Shown here piece after piece: positions 18,421-27,367 of a stretch of 64,000 nt of DNA. Position numbers and translations under genes: made by a program. Numbering within the stretch: the first letter of the stretch is position 1; the number at the start of each line of letters is the position of its first letter. The stretch covers positions 1-64,000 of IMG/VR virus record IMGVR_UViG_3300001782_000005. One strand, given 5' to 3'. The notes beneath the pieces are model-generated. The model saw only the letters and a list, made by a program, of their open reading frames with translations, did no database searches and was not told where the DNA came from.

Positions 18421-21400
18421 GGTTCCTGGGTATCACATTTTCTTAATGATGCAAGTGGATGGCAGTGTTATTTTCAGTGTAGTTGGACTGGTTCTTCTTG
18501 GGTACCAAATACTGTCAACATGGGTATTAGAACCAATGTTAGTGCAGTATGGCAAATAGGTTATAGACCTGAGAAATTTAGAGTAACAGTTACTAATATT
18601 ACAGATACTCCAGTACAGTTCTCTCTTACAGATACTGGTTTTACTCCTATTGGTACAACCCCTTCGATTACTGTACCAGGAACGTATGAAGGTACTATTA
18701 GTTGGGCAGGAAATGATATATACCACCTAGACGAGATTCAGTCATCTACTGGTTTTGAAATAACAAATATAGAATTTTTCGAGGGAGCTACAACTACAAC
18801 TACAACAGTAGATCCTTGTTTGTTTCCCCCTGAGTTGATAGTTGATGGAACTGCAGCTCAGGGTAATATAGAGTTTCTAGGAGAACTTGATTGTTGGTAC
18901 TTTGATGCTACGTCAGCTAACAGATATATAATTGAGACGCATTTTGATGGCGGAATTAGTGATACAGTAATAAGTTTAAATGGGCCAGATGACCCAGACC
19001 TTTTTATAGAAGAAAATGATGACGGTGGCGTGGGGACTATGTCCAAGATTGATAGATACTTGGGCATAGGGCGCTATTATGTAAAGGTCTGGGACTATGA
19101 CAACGATGATACTGGTACGTATTTAATTGACATCCGGACTGGTGTTTGGCCAACAACAACAACTACCTCAACTACAAGTACTAGCTCAACGACGACCACA
19201 ACTACTTATCATCAATCGTATCCATATGACGATGGTTGTGGTTGCTTAGCTTCTACTCCACCAGGATTTGGAAATACTTCGGCCCCTAAACCTTGGCACT
19301 TCTATGAACCAGGTTTTGACAGACATTGGGTAGGTAATCCTCCACACTATGCATACTCTGATGATCAAGGTAGAACATGGACTGATTTTCATTTAACTGG
19401 TCCTGAAACTGCTACTGGTTGGGCCATGGTTGATCTTAGTCCAGCTAATGCTTATTTCTATATTTCAAATGCAACAGATGGAATTAATTTTGGCTGGATG
19501 GCCATAAGCAAAGCAACTGGTGCAGCTACTTTTATGGCGGCCGGTACAGCAGCAGGCACAAGAAGTTCATCTATTGTTCAAATTGCTGCTCCTGCTGGAG
19601 TTCAATTTATAACGATGGGGTTAATACCTGGGCCGGCCTTCTCACTGGGAGAGCATAATGATATATTTGGCGCTTACTGGTACGCTAGTAGGGGGACAAT
19701 AGCAGCGCCATATTCTGGTCAAACTGAGTTAATTAGACTTGATTACGATAGAGCAATGTCGTTTGCAAGAACGACTAATGGAGTATATAGCGCAATAGCC
19801 CATATTGTGAGCGATCCACCAGGAGGTCCACCCGTGTGGGGTATTGACGGCCTTACTGGAGTTCAACATATTACAGAGACTGCTGGAATGGACTTTACTG
19901 ATCCTGGTGGGTGGCCAAATAGAGTAAGCGCCTCTGTAGATCCAACTGGCAATGTTCACGTCTTTTTCAGCAAGTTTACTCCTCCTGAAGGTATATACTA
20001 TTCTCGGTGGTCATTTGTATCAGGATGGAGCACGGCGGTTAGAGTTTATGATGATACTCCAGGAAATGTCTTCTCTTTCTATAACCAGCGTTTAGCTCCT
20101 CCAGGTAATGTTGTAGGTTTTGTCACTATCGTAAGCGCCCCTTCTGGATGTCCCGATGATCCCTTCAATCCACCATATTATACCAACTATGTAGGGAGAG
20201 TAAGTACAACTGGAGGGTTTACTTGGAATGAAGGTTGGTTCTGCGGTCAATGCTGGGGTGGAGAATTAGTACCACCTTCTCTTCCTTACCCCTTAACAGC
20301 AGTAGATCAAGTGTCAAGTCTCAACCACTATGGGTGGGATACTAGATGCCCAGCATATGCATATTTAGACGGTTTAACTAGTAGATTTATACATTTTGGA
20401 GAACTTACTTATGGTATAACAACTACTACTATTACTACCACTACGTCAACTACTACTACAAGCACAATAACAACTACCACTAGTACGACAACTACTACAA
20501 CTGCACCGTGTCTAGGTTTAGAGCAAGACGAATTTAATGATACTGTAATAGATCCCAGGTGGGCACTCCAAGATGAAAGAGGAGGAACATTCTCTGAATC
20601 TGGCGGGACACTTCATGTCCATTCAGGTGCAGATGGTTGTAATGCAATAGATCCATGTACTCCAACTTATATTGCTCAATGTGAACCAGCAGGAACAGAA
20701 TTTGATGTTTGGACTAAAATTATAGTTCCTTCATTTACGGGTCAATTTCAAGAGTTTGGTCTCATGTTCAGAGTTTGGGATCAGGAAGATGTCTATGCGA
20801 AAGTTGGAGGTAGAATTTACGGCGGTAATTTATATGCGTTTGCTCTATATTCAAACGTAGGTACTATTAACGATGAAGAGATCCCAATTGTAGCATCTGA
20901 ATTTTGGGTGAGGATACGCCGTAAGTATATTCTTGGGACTCCCCATTTCTCTTATTTTTATTCACTAACTGAACCTATAGTGGAAGGCGATTGGACTCTC
21001 TTTAGTACTATTGATCTATTATTCTATAATGGTTCTAAAGGTTGGGTTGGTCACTATGCTTCATATCCTCTGCCTGCAACAACAACAACGACAACAACGA
21101 CTACTACATCTACATCCACAACAGGTACGGTTATAACCACGACTACTTATTTTGAATTTATAGGAGATTGTCCATGTGGTCAAACTGAGATGCCGCCATA
21201 TGATAGTAATTTTGGTGTCACACATAGGCTGTACAATAGTAATTGGGGACACACTTACTGGGTTGGTTATGACTCTTCTGGTAATGAAAATCCAGGAATA
21301 ATGAGGGATTACACAGACTTAGGCCAGACTTGGCTGATGGACGGTACTGATGCTAAGATTATTAGGTGGTCCTCTCTAGATCTTGGTATTACTATTACTG

Positions 21401-23019
21401 ATACTTATAGTTTTCACCTATCTTATAATAAAGCAAGGGGAGAGTTCTTTGTTAGAGATACGCTTAATAATTACTATCTCTTTCAAATTTTTATGATTGG
21501 TGAGTGTTATTTTGCTGGAACGATTATACCAGTTACTGTATTACCTGGAGGTTCAGCGGATAAATCTGATATTTGGGTTTCTCCCACTCTTAATAATTGG
21601 TTAGTTTACAAAACTTCAACTAATAGAATTTATCATGCGCCATTAGATACCGCTGATCCATTTACATATCCTCATGGTAGAATAACCAACTGGACGTTAG
21701 TTAAAGATTTTGCTAATGGTGCTAATGGAGATAATATAATTGTTCGGAGCAATACTCAACTAGTTGCTATATCTCTAAATAGTGGAATTACCGGTCGTAA
21801 AGAATATTCTTATACAAATGACATAACCACATGGTCAGCTAATGCAGATATTATACCTCAAACGCCATGGTATGACCCTTCTGATTATCCAACTTCGTGG
21901 AGATTTGTGGTTGATACTAGAGGTTATGTACATGGGTTCTTTGCTTATCAAGGTTCAGGCACTAACCCAATACCAGGATCTCAGATTTATCACACGAGAT
22001 TTACAAGTTCTAGTTGGTCAAGTCCTCAATTAATCGGTACAGTAAATATTGGTTTAGCAACTATTGATGGTTCTTTTGCTCAATTCTTACATAGGCAAGT
22101 ATGGGATCCGGAGAAATATCCTGGTTGCTTAGTTTATAGATATCATGGCGGACCTGGCGATTATCACGCAGGTTTCTGGAGTAATGATTTTGGAGATACA
22201 TGGCATTCATATGGTCCTGGTGATATTTGTTTAGATCTAGATTATAATCATACTCAATGGTATGAAACTCGTGAGAGAGAACACATTCCTCCATGTGGTA
22301 TAAATTACAGTTTTCCAGTTGGTATTGAGCATACTGAAAGAATGCCATGCCATAGTTTAGTTGAAGAGTGGTGGACTAGTACTACTTCAACAACTACTAC
22401 AACTTCTACTACTACGACTTCGGTAACTTGGTTTACTACGACAACTACCACAACGTCGACAACTACTACTATTACCACGACAACAACTACTACTACTTCA
22501 ACTACTACTACTTCTATAACTTGGTTTACTACAACAACTGCTCCTCCATCAATCGAAACGATTGATCCTAATGGAGAATATATAGATTATGATTGGTCGG
22601 CAGATCCTGGTCCTGGTCATTATACAATGGTAAATGATTATGGTTCTCCGACACAAGATAATAGTAGGGTTTATCCAACTTATTATGATGCAGGTGAAGG
22701 TTGGGAATTTGAAAACCCAACTTTGGGTACAACTATTGTTGCTATTAAAGTAAAATTAAGAATTAGAACTGACAATGCTCCAACGACTTTTAAAGTCAGA
22801 TGTAGAATATGGGATGGAGCTATACAAATAGGTTCTAATTGGGATATCGAGACTGATAGCACCGGTAATTATGCAGAGTATAGTAACACATGGTCTAGTT
22901 TAAGTTTGACTCCGGCACAACTTTCAGATTTTAGAGTTACACTAACTAATGGTCATGCAGCACCCGGAAATCATTTGGGATCAGTTTCTGCTGCACAAGC
23001 TGACTTATATTATGTTTAG
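18325..23019 (+). CDS. Giant modular Thr-rich putative virion protein (1564 aa)
   Basis: 32-aa leader shared with the next gene; GYRP domain; PPC-like domain (about 18840-19137: DTVISLNGPD...ENDDGG...GRYYVKV); two BNR/Asp-box-like propeller regions (SDDQGRTW, SNDFGDTW); Thr linkers. Confidence 0.7.
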   Translation: MKIYKKVVIDIESSKILEEVSYDYNGPIAQMQGSWVSHFLNDASGWQCYFQCSWTGSSWVPNTVNMGIRTNVSAVWQIGYRPEKFRVTVTNITDTPVQFSLTDTGFTPIGTTPSITVPGTYEGTISWAGNDIYHLDEIQSSTGFEITNIEFFEGATTTTTTVDPCLFPPELIVDGTAAQGNIEFLGELDCWYFDATSANRYIIETHFDGGISDTVISLNGPDDPDLFIEENDDGGVGTMSKIDRYLGIGRYYVKVWDYDNDDTGTYLIDIRTGVWPTTTTTSTTSTSSTTTTTTYHQSYPYDDGCGCLASTPPGFGNTSAPKPWHFYEPGFDRHWVGNPPHYAYSDDQGRTWTDFHLTGPETATGWAMVDLSPANAYFYISNATDGINFGWMAISKATGAATFMAAGTAAGTRSSSIVQIAAPAGVQFITMGLIPGPAFSLGEHNDIFGAYWYASRGTIAAPYSGQTELIRLDYDRAMSFARTTNGVYSAIAHIVSDPPGGPPVWGIDGLTGVQHITETAGMDFTDPGGWPNRVSASVDPTGNVHVFFSKFTPPEGIYYSRWSFVSGWSTAVRVYDDTPGNVFSFYNQRLAPPGNVVGFVTIVSAPSGCPDDPFNPPYYTNYVGRVSTTGGFTWNEGWFCGQCWGGELVPPSLPYPLTAVDQVSSLNHYGWDTRCPAYAYLDGLTSRFIHFGELTYGITTTTITTTTSTTTTSTITTTTSTTTTTTAPCLGLEQDEFNDTVIDPRWALQDERGGTFSESGGTLHVHSGADGCNAIDPCTPTYIAQCEPAGTEFDVWTKIIVPSFTGQFQEFGLMFRVWDQEDVYAKVGGRIYGGNLYAFALYSNVGTINDEEIPIVASEFWVRIRRKYILGTPHFSYFYSLTEPIVEGDWTLFSTIDLLFYNGSKGWVGHYASYPLPATTTTTTTTTTSTSTTGTVITTTTYFEFIGDCPCGQTEMPPYDSNFGVTHRLYNSNWGHTYWVGYDSSGNENPGIMRDYTDLGQTWLMDGTDAKIIRWSSLDLGITITDTYSFHLSYNKARGEFFVRDTLNNYYLFQIFMIGECYFAGTIIPVTVLPGGSADKSDIWVSPTLNNWLVYKTSTNRIYHAPLDTADPFTYPHGRITNWTLVKDFANGANGDNIIVRSNTQLVAISLNSGITGRKEYSYTNDITTWSANADIIPQTPWYDPSDYPTSWRFVVDTRGYVHGFFAYQGSGTNPIPGSQIYHTRFTSSSWSSPQLIGTVNIGLATIDGSFAQFLHRQVWDPEKYPGCLVYRYHGGPGDYHAGFWSNDFGDTWHSYGPGDICLDLDYNHTQWYETREREHIPPCGINYSFPVGIEHTERMPCHSLVEEWWTSTTSTTTTTSTTTTSVTWFTTTTTTTSTTTTITTTTTTTTSTTTTSITWFTTTTAPPSIETIDPNGEYIDYDWSADPGPGHYTMVNDYGSPTQDNSRVYPTYYDAGEGWEFENPTLGTTIVAIKVKLRIRTDNAPTTFKVRCRIWDGAIQIGSNWDIETDSTGNYAEYSNTWSSLSLTPAQLSDFRVTLTNGHAAPGNHLGSVSAAQADLYYV

Positions 23020-23022
23020 ACA

Positions 23023-23154
23023 GTTGGAACAAACTGATAAAGGGGAGATAGGATCTAGATGAAGATTTACGAAAAGGTAGTCATAGATATTGAATCTGGT
23101 AAAATACTGGATGAAGTGTCCTACGACTATGAAGGTCCTATCGCTCAAATGCAG
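23023..23154 (+). repeat. Copy 2 of the ~130-bp dispersed repeat
   Basis: Same upstream motif, SD and leader coding sequence as 18291-18420, with scattered substitutions. Confidence 0.9.
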
Positions 23155-26100
23155 ACAACTACCACTACTATGACTTGCCCACCAACCACAGCAGATTGGA
23201 GCACCTGTTTTAGCGAGTATCCTCTTGGAGCTCAACCATCTGATTGGACGGAGCGCTGGTATCCCGCTAGCGTAGAATATAGAGTAGTTGATGGTTCGGC
23301 TGGTCGTATTGGTGGTCAGTCGATGCGTGAACGCATTTCAGTAGCACCATTTGAGAAATCTATTTCTTGGGATACGCCAGGATTTTTAACTGACGTTGAA
23401 GTGCTTGCTAGGGTTAAGTGTTTAAGTACGACTGGAGATCCAGCTGTTATTGTTAGAGGTTCGGGTGCAGATAGTGGTAAATATGGTTTCTATGCTAAAC
23501 TTAATGATGGATTAAATTTAGAAGTTGGCTATTGGAATAATTCTGCTTTATGGGGGATTCCTTTAGCAGATAAGAGATTCTATCATTACGTTCAGACATG
23601 GTATTGGATCAGATTTAGAGTATATGATAATACTATATTAAAAGCAAAGGTATGGGAAGATGGAGATCCGGAGCCTTCTGACTGGATGATAGAATTATCG
23701 ACTGGATCTGGTCCATCCTTCTCTGGTTGGGTAGGAGTAGGTGGAGTTGGAGCTACTGATAATTTCTATGATGTTTATGAGGTTTGGGATTTAAGTTCAC
23801 TAACGACTACTACAAGTACAACTACTACAACTACAACGAGTACAACTGGAAGCACAACAACTTCAATTACATATTTTACAACCACCACAACTATGCCTCC
23901 ATTTCCAACTACCACAACTGCTCCTCCATTTGAGTGGCTCTGTTGTGATAGATGCCTTCAAAGATCAATGCCGGGGTCAGATGGTTCATGGTCAAGTCTA
24001 AATTTTATAACTTATATTCCTCCAATACAGAGATTCTTTTACTGGTTTTATTATTCACCAGGTTTTAGAGTTCTTAAATATTCAGATGACTTTGGTTTGA
24101 CATGGACTAGTCAAGCGACAAAAGTTTCTTCTGGTCGTTTTTGTGTTGATCCCTATGGTTTGGAATTATACGTAATAGCAGGAACTACACTATGTAAAAT
24201 CCTATCTGGAAACCCTGAACTCTTTTGGCAAACTACACAGACAATACCTGCGGCTCCGGCAGGAACTCAGCATTTAATACTGACAAGACCTAGTGGCGAT
24301 CCTCTTATTGGAGGTTTTCTCATTGCTAATGCTGGAGGGGGGAATGTTACTGTTTATCAACTTGCCGATGAAAATATCTCTATAGCATGGCAATTACGTC
24401 TTAACTGGGCGCATGATCCTCTTGAGACTGTTACTAATAGTGATATTGCATGGTGTCAGACTGGAAGTGGAGGAGCAACCCTCATTATCAAAGAGGGCAA
24501 TAGATTTATGTACGCTGAGTGGGCTGGAAGTTTCTTCCAACCAGTTATACATCCAGCAGAGGTTTCAGATTCAGATTCAACATCAATTCAGAATTGGCAA
24601 GTAGTCGCAGATGACTATGGTCAAACTCACCTTTTCTGGAGAGATGAAGTTGATGGGAATTTACACTATCAAAGATATAGCGGGTCAACTTGGTTAGTAA
24701 ATAAAGTTACTATAGGTCCTATAAGTAATAAGTGGGAAGCTCAATATATAAATAGTGAGTTATTTGGAGTCTCTTATGGTATTCTATTTGCTAGGGAAGC
24801 AACGGTTGGAGGTAAAGGGTACTATATTGATACCGAATTTTCTACTGATTTTATAGAGGGGATTAATTGTTGTGATATAGACTTTAGCTTTATAGATCCA
24901 CCTCAACAACTTACTTTAAAACATAGTCATGTTGTTCCGCCGTGTGGGTATATGATTGTACGAGAGAACATATTTAGTACATCCCACGAATTTCAAATAT
25001 TTGATCCTGTTAGTCAGGAGCAGGCACTAACTACAACAAGTACAACTACGACCACAACTACTACTACAACAACTACAACTACAACTACTACAACTACTAC
25101 AACACCTCCACCTGATTTCGAAGTTGAGTTTGATTTCTTTAGATTTTGGAGTCCTGCGACTACAACCACAATAACAGTTACTACTCCTGCTACTACGACT
25201 ATTCCGCCTCTTCCAACAACTACAACTACTATACCACCATATATTCAATTTATTGTTGAGTTTGATGATTTTGAAGGAACTCCGCTAACCACTACAACTA
25301 CTACTACTACAACACTTACTACTACTACAACCACCTTTACTACCACTACGACAGCAACAACAACTACCGTAACAAGTACTGTAACGACAACTACTCCACC
25401 TCCAAGGAACTTAGAGTATAATAAAGATATAATTGGGACGATTGAAGAAGCAGATGCTGAATTTGAAGAATTGGTTAATACACCTCCAGAATCGAGAGAT
25501 GATAGAAAAGCTAAACTTGAGATATTTAGAGAGAATTGGTCTAGACTATTCAATAGCCCACCTTACCAAGTCGATCCAGATGCTGCTGAGACAATTCTAG
25601 CTGCAATAAATCCAGATTTAAAGAATGATATTGATAGCTGGTTTGATGCCGGAGATGATGCAACCCTAATTGAATATCTATTTACAGATTTACACCAGTG
25701 GATACTTGAGCATTTTGGTGCATATCCAAATCTTGGTTCAATTGCTGCGGGCATTCCATTCTTAATTAAGCAAGTTATTGATTTCTTTAAACCTTATAGA
25801 GCAAGACTCGCTTTCTTTGAATCAGCAGCAATTTTCGATGATGCTCTGTTAGATTCTATTAGACTTGACGACGCATCTTCGATGATTATTTATCAGACGG
25901 TTGTTGATACCCCAGTTGCTGATAGTATTCCATGTTGTCCATATCCAGAGACGTCTCCTTGTGATTCAACAGCTGCTCTATATTATGCAAGAGAATATTA
26001 TGACTGTGGTTCATATTATGATAGTGGAATTGTAGATGATTTAGACGACGTACGTCTTACAGTGCGTCAGGATGTACACGATTTCTACTCCTGCCTACCA

Positions 26101-27273
26101 GATGGTTCAGCAGTAATTGACTACAACTTCGATACAACAGCAACAATAACTTTGAGTACTACACTGCCTCCGGAAATTTGTCAGTGGACTGGTCAAGAAG
26201 AACAGTGGGTTGAAGAAGAAGGACAGTGGATAGATGATGAGAGTCAATGCGTCCCAATTGAGGTACTGTTAACCCAATGGATTAACAATAGTCCGCATTG
26301 GCAGACCCAGTGGGTCGATGAATCTCTCCAATGGGTAGATCAAGAATATACAACTCTGACATTACCTCCTATCCCGGATCCAACACCTCCGGATGAACCT
26401 TTCTATCTATATGGTTATATGGCAGGTGGTTGGCAAGATTTTGATGAAGAAGGTTTATTTGATTGTATGGGTAGTAAGGATATTGTTCAAATTTATATAC
26501 AAGATTCGACCGCGATAATTACCACGACTACAACAGTTACGTCAACAACCTCTACTACAAGTACAGTTACTACTACAACTACTACGACTACTACTACAAC
26601 CTCCACAACATCAACAACTACAACTACCTGCTGGGGTCCTATTGGAGACTCATTTGCTGGACCAGACTATAGTCCGCCTAATCCAGCACTTTGGACTGAC
26701 GTGACGTTTGGCGGAACTGGTAATGAAGTTAGAATTCTAAATAATAAACTCAATCTATACATGTCTGGAACTCCTAACCCGGAAGTTGACTCTGTCTTCA
26801 ATCTTGGAGTTGGAGACTTTGATGTTCAAGTCGATTATGAGATACTCCAAAGTACAATTTCAGAAGACTGGTATATAATTATGTCGGGTTGGGATCAAGC
26901 TGCTATTGGATTCTGTAATGGTACTTATGTTGGAGTAATGAGAGGTGTCTGGAGTGGAGTGCATGAATATCGCCTTTACTACTGTAGTGGCAGTTCGTTT
27001 GGATATTTAGGTGCTGTTGCTACTGCTGATATGTCAGGAAAGTTACGTTTAGCAAGAGTAGGTAGTATATGGTCGACTTATTATTGGAGTGGCGGATCTT
27101 GGGTTCTAATTGCTCAGTGGACACAAGTAACACACCCAGTAGGCAATGTGGTTTATCCATTGACGTTCCAACTTAGAAATTTAACTGGTTCTGCTCCGAT
27201 ACTTGAGATTGCGCTTGATAACTTCTGTTTAGTTAGTTATATAACCACGACAACTACAACTACACCGCCATAG
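23059..27273 (+). CDS. Giant modular Thr-rich protein containing a baseplate-wedge-like segment (1404 aa)
   Basis: Shared leader, ConA-like domain, propeller region (SDDFGLTW), acidic helical segment with VIDFFKPYRARL (FFKPYRARL at 25783-25809), QW repeats, C-terminal ConA-like domain. Confidence 0.65.
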   Translation: MKIYEKVVIDIESGKILDEVSYDYEGPIAQMQTTTTTMTCPPTTADWSTCFSEYPLGAQPSDWTERWYPASVEYRVVDGSAGRIGGQSMRERISVAPFEKSISWDTPGFLTDVEVLARVKCLSTTGDPAVIVRGSGADSGKYGFYAKLNDGLNLEVGYWNNSALWGIPLADKRFYHYVQTWYWIRFRVYDNTILKAKVWEDGDPEPSDWMIELSTGSGPSFSGWVGVGGVGATDNFYDVYEVWDLSSLTTTTSTTTTTTTSTTGSTTTSITYFTTTTTMPPFPTTTTAPPFEWLCCDRCLQRSMPGSDGSWSSLNFITYIPPIQRFFYWFYYSPGFRVLKYSDDFGLTWTSQATKVSSGRFCVDPYGLELYVIAGTTLCKILSGNPELFWQTTQTIPAAPAGTQHLILTRPSGDPLIGGFLIANAGGGNVTVYQLADENISIAWQLRLNWAHDPLETVTNSDIAWCQTGSGGATLIIKEGNRFMYAEWAGSFFQPVIHPAEVSDSDSTSIQNWQVVADDYGQTHLFWRDEVDGNLHYQRYSGSTWLVNKVTIGPISNKWEAQYINSELFGVSYGILFAREATVGGKGYYIDTEFSTDFIEGINCCDIDFSFIDPPQQLTLKHSHVVPPCGYMIVRENIFSTSHEFQIFDPVSQEQALTTTSTTTTTTTTTTTTTTTTTTTTTPPPDFEVEFDFFRFWSPATTTTITVTTPATTTIPPLPTTTTTIPPYIQFIVEFDDFEGTPLTTTTTTTTTLTTTTTTFTTTTTATTTTVTSTVTTTTPPPRNLEYNKDIIGTIEEADAEFEELVNTPPESRDDRKAKLEIFRENWSRLFNSPPYQVDPDAAETILAAINPDLKNDIDSWFDAGDDATLIEYLFTDLHQWILEHFGAYPNLGSIAAGIPFLIKQVIDFFKPYRARLAFFESAAIFDDALLDSIRLDDASSMIIYQTVVDTPVADSIPCCPYPETSPCDSTAALYYAREYYDCGSYYDSGIVDDLDDVRLTVRQDVHDFYSCLPDGSAVIDYNFDTTATITLSTTLPPEICQWTGQEEQWVEEEGQWIDDESQCVPIEVLLTQWINNSPHWQTQWVDESLQWVDQEYTTLTLPPIPDPTPPDEPFYLYGYMAGGWQDFDEEGLFDCMGSKDIVQIYIQDSTAIITTTTTVTSTTSTTSTVTTTTTTTTTTTSTTSTTTTTCWGPIGDSFAGPDYSPPNPALWTDVTFGGTGNEVRILNNKLNLYMSGTPNPEVDSVFNLGVGDFDVQVDYEILQSTISEDWYIIMSGWDQAAIGFCNGTYVGVMRGVWSGVHEYRLYYCSGSSFGYLGAVATADMSGKLRLARVGSIWSTYYWSGGSWVLIAQWTQVTHPVGNVVYPLTFQLRNLTGSAPILEIALDNFCLVSYITTTTTTTPP

Positions 27274-27289
27274 TAGAACAAATAAATAG

Positions 27290-27305
27290 AGTAGTCGCTC
27301 GTTAC
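27290..27305 (+). repeat. Left arm of a 16-bp inverted repeat bracketing the 303-aa gene
   Basis: AGTAGTCGCTCGTTAC; complementary to 28288-28303, with one G-U pair on the + strand. Confidence 0.85.
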
Positions 27306-27367
27306 TTAAACTCCAATCGTCTTTAAACATTGAGGGTTTAGACGATGCCCTGTAAAAGGAGGTAGTC

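Noticed and set aside
8656-25553. Long antisense poly-Val ORFs and alternative-frame Gln/Leu-rich ORFs (e.g. 9418-9873, 10321-10815, 10290-10856)
   Set aside because: They are frame shadows of the ACN Thr tracts; no SD and no independent features.
1521-27273. Repeat arrays as CRISPR
   Set aside because: No fixed-length repeat with unique spacers; the repeats are in-frame low-complexity coding sequence, and no cas genes are present.
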